Assembly: GCA_041617795.1 (NCBI GenBank) | Contig: JBFJOD010000001.1 | Location: 21,436-85,435 of the forward strand | DNA: 64,000 nt | Direction: 5' to 3' | Source of the DNA: Gemmatimonadota bacterium | GTDB taxonomy: Bacteria; Gemmatimonadota; Gemmatimonadetes; Palauibacterales; KS3-K002 | Shown here: in pieces, positions 1 through 9,927 of the stretch | Position numbering within the stretch: the stretch's first letter is position 1 | Layout of the letters: every line of letters starts with the position of its first letter | Program-made: the position numbers and the translations under genes | The notes under the pieces: model-generated | What the model saw: the letters and a program-made list of their open reading frames with translations, nothing else | Told to the model about the DNA's origin: nothing | Databases searched by the model: none

Positions 1-325
1 ATTCACGCTTTACCGCGCTTTCCACCTTGCCACCTGCCGCCTGGGCGATCAACTGCATGCCATAGCAGATCCCCAGGATGGGGACATCGAGTGCCAGCAA
101 TTCCGCCTTTAGCGTCGGCACATCGTCCCCATAAACGCTGGCGGGACCGCCCGACAGCACAATCCCGCTAGGCTCCCATTCGCGAATCCAACCGATCTTT
201 TGCGTCGGAGGGTGGATCTCGCAGTAAACACGCTCTTCCCGAATTCGCCTCGCGATGAGCTGAGTATACTGCGATCCGTAGTCGAGGATCAGGACTCTGT
301 CGACCGGCCTGGAATTAGGATCCAT
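1..325 (-). CDS. guaA: GMP synthase (glutamine-hydrolysing), N-terminal class-I glutamine amidotransferase domain; partial, C-terminal part lies beyond window start
   Basis: Minus-strand translation from ATG at 323-325 gives [40 protein letters not shown]...LGICYGMQL (GATase Cys motif); not in ORF track because it runs off the window. Confidence 0.75.
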   Translation of the reverse strand, partial: MDPNSRPVDRVLILDYGSQYTQLIARRIREERVYCEIHPPTQKIGWIREWEPSGIVLSGGPASVYGDDVPTLKAELLALDVPILGICYGMQLIAQAAGGKVESAVKRE

Positions 326-365
326 CTCTCCTCATCAAAATGCGACGTCTGCCGCATCACTCGAG

Positions 366-1820
366 CTAGTACGCACGAGCCCACACAACCTCGTACTGCG
401 TCTTTTCACCGCAGATACACAGGTCGGGCACACTATCGCTGCGGAAGTTCTCGTCCGGGATCACCCGAATCGTCGCCTTCGTCTCATCTTTCACTCGGGC
501 TTCACACTGTTCAGAACCGCAATAGCCCGTATAGATGAAACCGCCGGTCGTGGCGACAATCTTCTTGAACTCCTTGTAGTCGCTTATCCTTCTGTACGAG
601 TTGGCTTCGCGTCGTTGCAGTGCCGCTTCGTACAGCGCTCCCTGCATCTTATCGAGTAGCGCCGGCAACCGAGTCAGCGCCTCCTGCTCCGGCAACGGAG
701 TTTTGCGTTTGCCGTCCGGAGCGAAGCGGTGGACGAGCATGACCTGGCCCTTGGCGATGTCTTTCGGGCCGACCTCAACCCGGATCGGTACACCTTTCCC
801 TTCCCACTCGTAGTACTTGGCTCCAGGGTTCAGTGTCTCTCGATCGTCAAGCTTGACTCGGAGCGTTGAACTCAACTCGTCCTTAATACGGTTGCAAACC
901 TCGAGTACCTGGCCACGCTGCTCATCCGATGACCAGATCGGAACGATCACCAGCTGAACCGGAGCGAGTCTGGGTGGCAGCACGAGACCGACATCATCGC
1001 TGTGCGTCATCACCAGGCCGCCCAGAAGTCGGGTGGACACACCCCACGACGTGGACCAAACGTAATCGTGCTCACCCTCGACCGTCTGATATTTCACGTC
1101 GAAGGCGCGCGCGAAGTTCTGCCCGAGGTGGTGAGTCGTTCCGGCCTGCAACGCCCAGTTGTCCTGCATGAGCGCTTCGCAGGCGTACGTACGCACCGCG
1201 CCCGCAAACTTGTCCCATTCCGCCTTCACACCGGTGACCGGAGGCATCGCCATCCAGTTCTCCATGAAGTCGCGGTAGAGTCCCAGAATCAAGCGCGCCT
1301 CCACCTCAGCCTCGGCCTCCGTAGCGTGCGCCGTGTGACCCTCCTGCCAGAGAAACTCGAGTGTCCGGAGAAACGGGCGCGTCCTCATCTCCCAGCGGAC
1401 TACGTTGGCCCATTGGTTGATGAGGAGTGGGAGGTCGCGATAGCTCTGGATCCAGTCGGCCATTATCGGCCAGATGATCGCCTCGGACGTCGGGCGCACC
1501 ACCAGCCGCTCTTCAAGCTCCTTACCGCCACCCTGCGTGACCACCGCTGTCTCCGGCGCAAAGCCTTCGACATGCTCGGCTTCCTTCTGCAGGAAGCTCT
1601 CCGGGATGAACAAGGGGAAGTAGGCATTCTGATGACCGGTGGCTTTGAACATGCCATCGAGCGCCGACTGCAGAAGTTCCCAGATAGCATAGCCATGGGG
1701 CCGAATCACCATGCAGCCGCGAACCGGTGTGTAGCCAGCTAGCTGTCCTCGCTGAACGACTTCGTTGTACCAAGCGGAGAAGTCCTTGCCCCGCGGAGTC
1801 AGTGCTTTTTCTTCCGCCAT
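366..1820 (-). CDS. proS: Prolyl-tRNA synthetase, archaeal/eukaryote-like short type with C-terminal zinc-binding domain (no bacterial INS editing domain)
   Basis: 484 aa; class II aaRS motifs; C-terminus ...YCGSEQCEARVKDET...CICGEKTQYEVVWARAY. Confidence 0.9.
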   Translation of the reverse strand: MAEEKALTPRGKDFSAWYNEVVQRGQLAGYTPVRGCMVIRPHGYAIWELLQSALDGMFKATGHQNAYFPLFIPESFLQKEAEHVEGFAPETAVVTQGGGKELEERLVVRPTSEAIIWPIMADWIQSYRDLPLLINQWANVVRWEMRTRPFLRTLEFLWQEGHTAHATEAEAEVEARLILGLYRDFMENWMAMPPVTGVKAEWDKFAGAVRTYACEALMQDNWALQAGTTHHLGQNFARAFDVKYQTVEGEHDYVWSTSWGVSTRLLGGLVMTHSDDVGLVLPPRLAPVQLVIVPIWSSDEQRGQVLEVCNRIKDELSSTLRVKLDDRETLNPGAKYYEWEGKGVPIRVEVGPKDIAKGQVMLVHRFAPDGKRKTPLPEQEALTRLPALLDKMQGALYEAALQRREANSYRRISDYKEFKKIVATTGGFIYTGYCGSEQCEARVKDETKATIRVIPDENFRSDSVPDLCICGEKTQYEVVWARAY

Positions 1821-1840
1821 CTCCCCTGCCTATAACTGAG

Positions 1841-2167
1841 TTAATCGGCGTTCTTTGCCGCGACATCCCCATCTGGCTGTTCGGGCGGCGCGGCCTCGGC
1901 ACTTGCCTCGGGTTCATCGGCGGCAGCCTTCCTCTCGGTCCACCACCAAAGGCCGATCGGCACCAATGCCAGGGCGCCCGCCCACCCGAACATGCGACGG
2001 TACCTGGAACCTAGAAGCGCCCGGAGAGTCAAGCCGGCACCCACGATCACCGCCCCGCTGGCAATCGACCCCACGCTCAGCGGCGCCAGCCGTTCCCAGG
2101 TAGAACCCAAACCGCGTTCGAGCAGGCCGCGCTCCTCGCTTTCGGCCAGTTCAGTCCGCTCACTCAT
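1841..2167 (-). CDS. Small hypothetical membrane protein (two predicted TM helices, acidic C-tail)
   Basis: ORF 1841..2293 trimmed to internal Met (MSERTELAES...) giving ATGA overlap with upstream gene end at 2164; hydrophobic stretches SVGSIASGAVIVGAGL and FGWAGALALVPIGLWWW. Confidence 0.35.
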   Translation of the reverse strand: MSERTELAESEERGLLERGLGSTWERLAPLSVGSIASGAVIVGAGLTLRALLGSRYRRMFGWAGALALVPIGLWWWTERKAAADEPEASAEAAPPEQPDGDVAAKNAD

Positions 2168-2694
2168 GACCGTTCGTCCACGGCGCCTGTCGCCATCTGA
2201 CTCCACCCCGGATCTCCCAAGTAGATGTTGGTTCGGTAGTACCGTTTCCGTGCTGAACCATTCGCCGCTTCCCAGCCCTCGGGCGGCACCCATTCGCCCC
2301 AGGCGCGAGGGACGAGTCGCGCCTCCAGTGCGCCCGTCGGCCGTGCCGTATACAGGACCGCGCGCGCCGCCACTAGCTTCGAATCGGCACGACCGAGTGA
2401 GTCGAGAGCGATCCGCAGCGTCTTGGCCAGGGCCTCCGGTGCAGCCGGCACCAGCACCAGGACGCGGAACATGGCTCTGTCGCCCCCCGTTCCTAGCGCG
2501 GTCCGCTCGAATACCTGGTAGGCGACGGGCGACACCGTGTCGACACCGACTTCGACGACGGCGGGCGCATCCGGCGAATCTTCAGCGTCGGACTCGATCT
2601 GCAAGGTGCGATCGGCTGGCTCGCTTCCGACGCAGCCGGCCAGGGCTCCCAAAAGAAGCACAGCCGAACCACGCTCAACCAGCCGCCTGACCAT
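2164..2694 (-). CDS. Hypothetical lipoprotein
   Basis: ORF 2164..2832 trimmed to MVRRLVERGSAVLLLGALAGCV (signal peptide + LAGC lipobox); the longer ORF would overlap hisS by ~150 nt. Confidence 0.5.
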   Translation of the reverse strand: MVRRLVERGSAVLLLGALAGCVGSEPADRTLQIESDAEDSPDAPAVVEVGVDTVSPVAYQVFERTALGTGGDRAMFRVLVLVPAAPEALAKTLRIALDSLGRADSKLVAARAVLYTARPTGALEARLVPRAWGEWVPPEGWEAANGSARKRYYRTNIYLGDPGWSQMATGAVDERS

Positions 2695-3988
2695 CTCCAC
2701 TCGTTTTCGTGACGGCCGCTGCCAGGTTCTCGAACACGACCTCGCGCTCCTCTCCAGTCTGCATGTCCCGAACACGCGCCAATCCCCCTTCAACTTCGCG
2801 CGGCCCGATGATGACAACCTGACGCGCTCCAACCTGATTCGCGCTCTTCAACTGGTTGCCAAGTCGACGATCCTGGAATTCGAATATCGTCGAGAAACCG
2901 GCAGCCCTCAGCAACTGCGTGGCTCGCAAAGCCTGCGGTCGCGCACCTGCTCCCAGCCAGGCGACGAAGCAGTCGATCGATCGTCCGAAGTCGGGTAGCA
3001 GGCCCTGATCGCGCAGCAGTTCCGTCAGTACCACATCTCCCATCCCAAAGCCGAGGGCCGGCAGGTCGATGCCGGAGATCAACTCGAGCAACTCGTCGTA
3101 GCGGCCCCCACCACAGATGGCTCGCAACTCACGGCGCGCATCCCACAGCTCAAAGACAGGCCCCGTGTAATAGGCAAGTCCGCGGACAACGGACAGATCG
3201 ATATCGACGAAATCGCCGACACCGAGGTCGTTCAGATGTTCGAGATACCTCGACAGCTCAGCGACGTTCTCAGATACTCTCGTTACTTGCCCGAACGTCG
3301 CGCGCAGTTCTTCGATACCTCGTAGTTTCAGCGCTTCAAAGATCCCTGAGACGGTCCGCGCCTCGAGGCCGAGTTCTCTGAGCTGCTTTTCCAGCCGGTC
3401 GCGCGGCTCACGGTCGAGCTTGTCGACAACCTGGTAGACCGAATCCAGGCTACCCGCTTTCACTCCCAGATGCTGAAAGATCGCCGCCAGCAACCGCCGG
3501 TCTGAGACCCGCGCTCGCACCTGTTTGGAGGTCAGTCCCGCCAGCCGCATCACATCGATGGCCGCAGCCAGCAGCTCGGCATCGGCGAGCACGTCGGCCT
3601 CGCCGATGATGTCCAGGTTGAGCTGGAAGTGCTCCCGCAGGCGACCCCGCTGCTTCCGCTCATAACGAAACAACTGGGGCGTCGAGTACCAGCGAACCGG
3701 CTTGCTCAGCGCCCGCGCTCGCGCGCCGACCATTCGGGCCAAGGTCGGGGTCATCTCGGGGCGCAGAGCGACACGGCGGCCGCCCTTGTCCTCGAATTCA
3801 TACAGCTGCGCAACGATCTCGCTGCCTGATTTGCGGGTGTAGAGATCCAGTGGCTCGAGCGGCGGGCCATCGTATTCCTCGAACCCATAGCGGTGTGCCA
3901 CCTCGCGCCACATGCCGATCACGTAGGCGCGAGCGCGCAGCTCCTCCGGATAGAAATCCCTAAATCCCGGTAAACCCTTGAGTTCCAC
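2675..3988 (-). CDS. hisS: Histidyl-tRNA synthetase
   Basis: 437 aa; MELKGLPGFRDFYPEE..., class II motifs and HisRS-typical ...RLREHFQLNLDIIG, ...GGRYD... Confidence 0.9.
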   Translation of the reverse strand: MELKGLPGFRDFYPEELRARAYVIGMWREVAHRYGFEEYDGPPLEPLDLYTRKSGSEIVAQLYEFEDKGGRRVALRPEMTPTLARMVGARARALSKPVRWYSTPQLFRYERKQRGRLREHFQLNLDIIGEADVLADAELLAAAIDVMRLAGLTSKQVRARVSDRRLLAAIFQHLGVKAGSLDSVYQVVDKLDREPRDRLEKQLRELGLEARTVSGIFEALKLRGIEELRATFGQVTRVSENVAELSRYLEHLNDLGVGDFVDIDLSVVRGLAYYTGPVFELWDARRELRAICGGGRYDELLELISGIDLPALGFGMGDVVLTELLRDQGLLPDFGRSIDCFVAWLGAGARPQALRATQLLRAAGFSTIFEFQDRRLGNQLKSANQVGARQVVIIGPREVEGGLARVRDMQTGEEREVVFENLAAAVTKTSGDGQAAG

Positions 3989-3998
3989 GATCGCGAAT

Positions 3999-5300
3999 CT
4001 ACCCCGACACCTTCGCCCGCAGCAAGCCGGCCGCTAAGCCAAGCCGGCGCATTGCATCACCAACCGTGTGGTTGGATCCGGTCACAACGATTGTCGATCC
4101 CCGAGACTCCGCGAAGTCCAGAGCCGCCTCAAAATCCACGATCACCTCTACCGGATAGTTCGATACCGAGTCCGCCACCGCCCGCGCATCCCAGCGGCGT
4201 TCCGCCGGCGAGCTCGGGGCCACAGTAAACACCGACAGGTCAGCCAGTGCCAAGAGCGGTGGCAGCATCTCCGGCCACGGTTTGTCTCCCAGGATTGCCA
4301 GAACCAGGACCAGCGGTGTGGGCAGGTCCAAACTGGTGAGACTCTGGGCCAGCGCCTCGACGCCCACCGGGTTGTGGGCTACGTCCAGCACCCAAGTCCG
4401 GTCTCCCCGCTTCTCGATCTGCAGGCGTCCGGGCCAGCAGGTCGTCTCAACCCCGACGGCGATATCTCTCGCGCTCGGACGCCAATCATCGGGCAAGCTC
4501 TGCGCGATCAGCACCGCCAGACCCGCATTCCAGGCTTGATGGGCACCCAACAACGGACAACGCAGTTCAATCGGCTGACTCGATCCCGGACCGAGATACT
4601 CCAGTTCGGTACAGGTCTGCCGAATTCGAATGCGTCTCACCGCCGCATCGTACCCCAGCTGGCGCAACGGCGCACCAACCCGCGCCGCCGTTTCACGAAT
4701 GATCCGCCCCGCCTCCGGCTCCAGACGGCCCAGGGCGATGGCAACGCCGGGCTTCGCGATGCCCGCCTTTTCCCGGGCAATCGCCGAAAGGCTGTTTCCC
4801 AGATAATCAGCGTGATCCCAAGAGACATTGGTGATCGCAGCGACATCGGGCAGCAGCACATTGGTGGCGTCCAGTCGGCCACCTAAGCCTACTTCGGCAA
4901 CCACGACATCGACAGCCGCCTCCGCAAAACACAGAAACGCCAGCGCCGTCGTCGTCTCGAAAAAGCTTGCCCCTGTTTCCTCAGCCAGCGGCTGCAAGCG
5001 TCGCGCCGCTTCCGCCAGGAAGTCATCGTCGACCGGTCGCCCCTGCACCCTTATCCGCTCGGAAAAGTCGATCAGGTGAGGCGATGTGTATAAACCGACG
5101 CGCTGCCCGGCTTCTTCAAGCACGCTGGCCAGCATCGCCGCCACCGAACCCTTGCCGTTGGTTCCGCCCACTAAGATCGAGCGGAAGGCCATGTGCGGAG
5201 CGCCGACTTCGTGCAGCATCTGCCGAGTCCGGCGTAGTCCCCAGCGGATCTCCCCGGTCGGCTTGATCCCGAGGAGCTCAGAGAGGTCGGTGGAACTCAT
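3999..5300 (-). CDS. folC: Bifunctional folylpolyglutamate synthase / dihydrofolate synthase
   Basis: 433 aa; Mur-ligase P-loop VGGTNGKGSV, ...YTSPHL... Confidence 0.85.
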   Translation of the reverse strand: MSSTDLSELLGIKPTGEIRWGLRRTRQMLHEVGAPHMAFRSILVGGTNGKGSVAAMLASVLEEAGQRVGLYTSPHLIDFSERIRVQGRPVDDDFLAEAARRLQPLAEETGASFFETTTALAFLCFAEAAVDVVVAEVGLGGRLDATNVLLPDVAAITNVSWDHADYLGNSLSAIAREKAGIAKPGVAIALGRLEPEAGRIIRETAARVGAPLRQLGYDAAVRRIRIRQTCTELEYLGPGSSQPIELRCPLLGAHQAWNAGLAVLIAQSLPDDWRPSARDIAVGVETTCWPGRLQIEKRGDRTWVLDVAHNPVGVEALAQSLTSLDLPTPLVLVLAILGDKPWPEMLPPLLALADLSVFTVAPSSPAERRWDARAVADSVSNYPVEVIVDFEAALDFAESRGSTIVVTGSNHTVGDAMRRLGLAAGLLRAKVSG

Positions 5301-5390
5301 CGTTTAGACGCGGCGGCTTCTGGCCTCAGGCCACTGGTTCGGCAGGATATGATTGCATATAGCGCTCTAGAAGATCGGCCAACCCGTGGA

Positions 5391-6239
5391 TCAGAAGGAG
5401 TGGCCGTCCGTCATGTGCCGCAACAGAGTGGAGACCGTGGTCTTTAACTCAGGCCTTGGGACCACCATGTCGACCATGCCGTGCTCGAGAAGAAATTCCG
5501 AACGTTGAAAGCCCTTGGGTAGTCCCTGGCCGATCGTCTGCTCGATTACACGTGGTCCCGCAAAGCCGATCAATGCACCCGGCTCAGCAATGATGACATC
5601 GCCCAGCATCGCGAACGAAGCAGTGACTCCGCCGGTCGTCGGATTAGTGAGTATCGAATAGTACGGGAGACGTGCCTTATGCAGCCGTCCCAGAGCGCTG
5701 GAAGTCTTGGCCATCTGCATGAGCGACAGTACGCCTTCCATCATTCGCGCTCCACCGGAAGCGGAGACGATGATCAGCGGTTGCTGATCGTCCAAGGCAC
5801 GCTCTGCAACTCTGGCAATCTTCTCACCGACAACCGAACCCATCGATCCGCCGATGAAGCCAAAATCCATCACGCCGAACTTGACTTCCAGACCATCGAT
5901 CTGGCCGGCCCCAGTCAGTACCGCCTCCTGGCGGCCGACCATGCGGCGCGCACGCTCATATCGCTCCGCGTAGGGCGTCGGGCCAACGAACTTCAGCGGA
6001 TCCACACTTCTCAGTTCGGTGTCGTATTCTTCCTCCAGCGAGTTATCCAGCAGCAGGCGCGCATACTCCTCGGGCGGAATCCGGAAATGATGCCCGCATT
6101 TCAGGCACACACTGAAGTTCTCGCTCAGCTTCTCACGGTAGATGATCTCCCCGCAACTGTCGCACTTCGTCCAGACGTCGGGCGGCGACACCCGCTTCTG
6201 ACCGACCAGCCTTTTTTTCTCTTTCTTGAACCAGGCCAT
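5391..6239 (-). CDS. accD: Acetyl-CoA carboxylase carboxyltransferase beta subunit
   Basis: 282 aa; N-terminal Zn-ribbon CDSCGEIIYREKL...CLKCGHHFR; carboxyltransferase domain GGSMGSVVGEKI. Confidence 0.9.
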   Translation of the reverse strand: MAWFKKEKKRLVGQKRVSPPDVWTKCDSCGEIIYREKLSENFSVCLKCGHHFRIPPEEYARLLLDNSLEEEYDTELRSVDPLKFVGPTPYAERYERARRMVGRQEAVLTGAGQIDGLEVKFGVMDFGFIGGSMGSVVGEKIARVAERALDDQQPLIIVSASGGARMMEGVLSLMQMAKTSSALGRLHKARLPYYSILTNPTTGGVTASFAMLGDVIIAEPGALIGFAGPRVIEQTIGQGLPKGFQRSEFLLEHGMVDMVVPRPELKTTVSTLLRHMTDGHSF

Positions 6240-6429
6240 CTAAATCCCGTCTTTTTCAGCCCTTACCGACGTCCGTCAGACGTCGCGGCGGCAGGGGCAC
6301 GGAGAACCGAACCCGCCGGAACAACAAGAAAGACTATGCCTTTCCCGAAATCGCTGTGCCAGAGCTTCCAAAGATCGGCCGTTTCCCCGGTTGCCGCAAT
6401 GGTCGGGCGGCGTCGTCGCGACCGCGGTA

Positions 6430-7656
6430 CTACGGTCCGGCCTTCGACTCCGCTGCCACCCGCTGGATAATAGCGAGCGAGACGAAGGCAACGAGGAGAA
6501 AGCTTCCACCATAACTCAAGAACAGCAGCGGCACGCCGGTTATGGGGAACAAACCGACAGTCATCCCAATGTTGCTGACCAGGTGAGTGAACCAGCAGGC
6601 GAAGATCCCGAAGACAACCATGGAGGCGAAACGGTCGGTGGTCTGTTCGGCGATCTTGAGCACCCGCGTCAGGATGATCGTGAACGCAAGCAGGACAACT
6701 GCAATACCGATGAAGCCAAGTTCTTCTCCAACCACGGCGACGATGAAGTCGGTATGCTGTTCCGGCAGGAAGGCAAGACGCTTTTGCGTACCCGCGGCGA
6801 ATCCTTTACCCAGCCAGCCGCCTGATCCTATCGCTACCTGCGACTGGATGAGGTGCCAGCCTGCGCCCTGCGGATCCAGCTGCGGCTCGAGAAAGGCCAG
6901 GATCCTCAACTTCTGGTAGTTGGCCAGGTTGTCCCAAAAGGGATGGACCACCACGCCCATCGCCACGTTGGCTACCATCACCGCTACTGACTCGGAAAGG
7001 AATGCGCGAGTGCGGTAGAGCAAGGCGAGAAGCAACAGGAACCATAGACCCCAAACAGGAGTCGAGAAAGCAAGAGCCAGACTGACGAACGGACTCAGCA
7101 CCATGAGCAGCCGCGAAGTCGGTAAGCCCGACCAGTACAGTGCCGCCATGAGTATCGCGATGAAGACTGAAGCGGTTCCTAAGTCGGGTTGAGCGATGAT
7201 GAGCAGCGCCGGTACGACTACGACCGCAAGGTGCGGCCAGAGATCCCAGAGATTGTCGGGTGAGCGCTCGCGGCCGGCCACAATCCGCGCCAGCATGAGT
7301 ATCGTCGCGAGTTTCGCGAACTCGGATGGTTGGAACCCGACTCCGCCGAAACGAATCCAGCTTCGCGGGCCAGGTCCGATGCCGATAACCAGCACGGCGA
7401 TAAGGCCGAGGATAGAAAGCGCGTAGGTCGCTGGCGCCAGCCATTCCAGCCAACGAATGCCAACCCGCTGGACGAGCCCGAAGGCGACCAGCGAGATAGT
7501 CAACCAGATAAATTGCTTGACCCATATCCCTGTCACCGACGAGGGGATCTCGAGCTTACCGGCGGAGTAGATCATCGCCACGCCAAAGACGGCCAGACCG
7601 ATGGCCAGGGCAAGTAAGACCCCGTCTCCGACTCGCACGACCTCGCGTTCTTTCAT
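6430..7656 (-). CDS. rodA: Rod shape-determining SEDS-family protein RodA (FtsW/RodA/SpoVE)
   Basis: 408 aa polytopic membrane protein; 4-nt overlap with upstream PBP2 gene; sits in the mre cluster. Confidence 0.85.
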   Translation of the reverse strand: MKEREVVRVGDGVLLALAIGLAVFGVAMIYSAGKLEIPSSVTGIWVKQFIWLTISLVAFGLVQRVGIRWLEWLAPATYALSILGLIAVLVIGIGPGPRSWIRFGGVGFQPSEFAKLATILMLARIVAGRERSPDNLWDLWPHLAVVVVPALLIIAQPDLGTASVFIAILMAALYWSGLPTSRLLMVLSPFVSLALAFSTPVWGLWFLLLLALLYRTRAFLSESVAVMVANVAMGVVVHPFWDNLANYQKLRILAFLEPQLDPQGAGWHLIQSQVAIGSGGWLGKGFAAGTQKRLAFLPEQHTDFIVAVVGEELGFIGIAVVLLAFTIILTRVLKIAEQTTDRFASMVVFGIFACWFTHLVSNIGMTVGLFPITGVPLLFLSYGGSFLLVAFVSLAIIQRVAAESKAGP

Positions 7657-9455
7657 CGGCCGGCTACTGTCTGGGGGCCAGGCTCCGGCTCTCCCCGGCC
7701 CAGGTAGGCTTGGATCAACTGTCCGACGATGGGGGCAGCGACAGCCGATCCGTAGCCGCCGCCCTCGACGATCACCGCGGCGACGACCTCCGGACTCTCG
7801 GCTGGGGCAAACCCCACAAACCAGGCGTGGTCTTCGCCGTGTGGGTTCTGAGCTGTGCCGGTCTTTCCCGCCACCGTCCAGCGCTCCAAGCGCGCCAGCG
7901 TTCCCGTACCGTTGGGAGCGTTGACGACGTCGACCAGCGCCAAGCGCAACACCGCCAACTGCTGCTCATCGAGTGGCAGCCGCCCGGCTGGCTCCGCCAA
8001 AACCCCATCTCGTGCAACGCGTGGGGTCGGCAGGATTCCGTCGTTGGCGAGGGCGGCATAGAACTGTGCCATTTTGAGCGGGTTCTGTGAGTTCTCGCCT
8101 TGCCCGATCGACAAGTTGAGGACGACCGAATTGGTCCAGCCCCGCTGGCCGTAGCGCCGGTTGTACCACTCGCGGGTCGTAGGAAAAACTCCCGCGATCT
8201 CTGACGGGAGATCAATCCCGGTCGCGCGACCGAACCCGAAATCGGGAACAGCCGAGAGTATGTTGTCGAGGCCGATCTTGAGACCCAGCTGGTAGAAGTA
8301 GACGTCACAGCTGGCACGAATCGCGCCTCGCAGGTCGACGTTTCCATGCCCTAACGGCGTCCAATCTCTGAAGACGCGGCCATAGTAGAGAAGTGCACCC
8401 CGGCAAGGGATCGGCATGTGGGTTCCGAGCCTGGCGTACCCTTCCTTCATCGCAATGCCCGCCAGGACCGGCTTGAAGGTCGAGCCTGGCGGATAGGTCG
8501 CCGATACAGCCCGGTTGAACAGCGGGCGCCTGGGGTCGGTATTCAGGGCGCGCCAGGCCAGCGGTTCCATTCCGCCGACAAACTCGTTGGGATCGAAATT
8601 CGGCGCGCTGTGCAGCGCCAGGACCGCACCACCCTTGGCCTCCAGCACCACGACGGCGCCGGCCATCGAATCGGGAAATAGCTCAACCGCTCGCTGCTGC
8701 AGTCGAACATCGATGTTCAGATGAAGATCTCTACCGGGACGCGACGGAACGGTTTCCTCGCTCTTGAAATCTCCAACCAGCCGGCCCAGCGCGTTTACCT
8801 CTATGTAGCGCGTGCCTGGTTCACCTGAGAGAGTCCTTTCATACACCCGTTCAACGCCCGTCTGACCGACGATTCGACCTGGTTTGTAACCTTCGTATTC
8901 CGGCTGCCGCAGCTCGCTCTCATTGACCTCCGCGACATAGCCGACAACGTGGGCCAGCGTCGATCCGAGCGGGTAGTGGCGCTTCGGGGTTGCCTCGACG
9001 ACGATACCGCTCGAGAGTGCTGCGCGACGTTCTTCAATCGCCGATACTTCTGAGAAACTAGCATCCGCTTCGACGATGACGGGACGATCCGGGTGTCGCC
9101 TGTAAGTCGCGATCAGCTGGTCAACTTTTTCCTCTGACTGTCCAAGGATAACGGCCAGCCGTTTGAGAACCGCCCGCAAGGAATCCACCGACGGTGGCAG
9201 CACAGCGATCGAGTAACCCGGAACATTTTCCGCAACGACGATGCCGTTGCGGTCGTAGATCGTTCCGCGAGCAGCTGGAATAGGTAGAGCCCGTATGCGA
9301 TTGTTGTCAGATCTTAACGCGAATGTCGTGTACTTGAGTATTTGGATGCGGAAGAACTGAACGGCCAGAACCAGCATGATCGCGAACACCAACCAACGCG
9401 CCAATTGCACCCGCGCTGGGTGTTGCAACTTCCGCGGCGGACTGATGCTGCTCAT
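7653..9455 (-). CDS. mrdA: Penicillin-binding protein 2 (class B transpeptidase)
   Basis: 600 aa; N-terminal TM, PBP dimerisation domain, transpeptidase motifs STFKP, SCD, KTGTA. Confidence 0.85.
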   Translation of the reverse strand: MSSISPPRKLQHPARVQLARWLVFAIMLVLAVQFFRIQILKYTTFALRSDNNRIRALPIPAARGTIYDRNGIVVAENVPGYSIAVLPPSVDSLRAVLKRLAVILGQSEEKVDQLIATYRRHPDRPVIVEADASFSEVSAIEERRAALSSGIVVEATPKRHYPLGSTLAHVVGYVAEVNESELRQPEYEGYKPGRIVGQTGVERVYERTLSGEPGTRYIEVNALGRLVGDFKSEETVPSRPGRDLHLNIDVRLQQRAVELFPDSMAGAVVVLEAKGGAVLALHSAPNFDPNEFVGGMEPLAWRALNTDPRRPLFNRAVSATYPPGSTFKPVLAGIAMKEGYARLGTHMPIPCRGALLYYGRVFRDWTPLGHGNVDLRGAIRASCDVYFYQLGLKIGLDNILSAVPDFGFGRATGIDLPSEIAGVFPTTREWYNRRYGQRGWTNSVVLNLSIGQGENSQNPLKMAQFYAALANDGILPTPRVARDGVLAEPAGRLPLDEQQLAVLRLALVDVVNAPNGTGTLARLERWTVAGKTGTAQNPHGEDHAWFVGFAPAESPEVVAAVIVEGGGYGSAVAAPIVGQLIQAYLGRGEPEPGPQTVAGR

Positions 9456-9901
9456 CTTGTCCTCGTCAACGGCAAGACCAGATAGCCAACCGCAGCAGTC
9501 GCCAGCGAGTCGAGTGGAACCCGAAGAAGCAAGTAAGATATCGGATTAGCACCGGCTCCCATTAACAGGTAGCCTATCGTCTCGTACAGCCAGGTGCCCA
9601 CGACGAGATATGTCCCGATGAACAGTGGCTCCTCGCCCAAGAACAGGTCTCGCGTCTGTGAGGCAAGGTAGGTCATGACAACTAAGAGAATGGTGGCCAG
9701 GCCGAAATGGCTGACAGCCATCGCGTCCTGCAGCAGGCCAAGCGCGAATCCCACGATGACCGCAGGCGTCGGGCGCAATTGACGAGCCGCAAGCAGGGCT
9801 GCACAGAGTAAGAGGTGCGGCTTCGCAAACCACCCTTCAAGCAGCGGGCCCAGGGCGAAGTGCAGCAAAGCCAGCAGCACTATTGTAATGACCAGCCTCA
9901 C
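9452..9901 (-). CDS. mreD: Rod shape-determining protein MreD
   Basis: 149 aa hydrophobic protein between mreC and mrdA; 4-nt overlap with mrdA. Confidence 0.6.
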   Translation of the reverse strand: MRLVITIVLLALLHFALGPLLEGWFAKPHLLLCAALLAARQLRPTPAVIVGFALGLLQDAMAVSHFGLATILLVVMTYLASQTRDLFLGEEPLFIGTYLVVGTWLYETIGYLLMGAGANPISYLLLRVPLDSLATAAVGYLVLPLTRTR

Positions 9902-9927
9902 GCCTCACCTCTTCGGCAAAACCGTCC

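Noticed and set aside
1002-1742. Long antisense ORFs opposite well-supported genes (e.g. 1002..1742+, 5679..6470+, 20964..21896+, 26105..26743+, 33158..33994+, 40706..41113-, 62097..62717-)
   Set aside because: Their translations are Arg/Pro/Ala-rich low-complexity typical of GC-driven open frames. Each lies fully inside a gene with strong homology-type evidence on the other strand.
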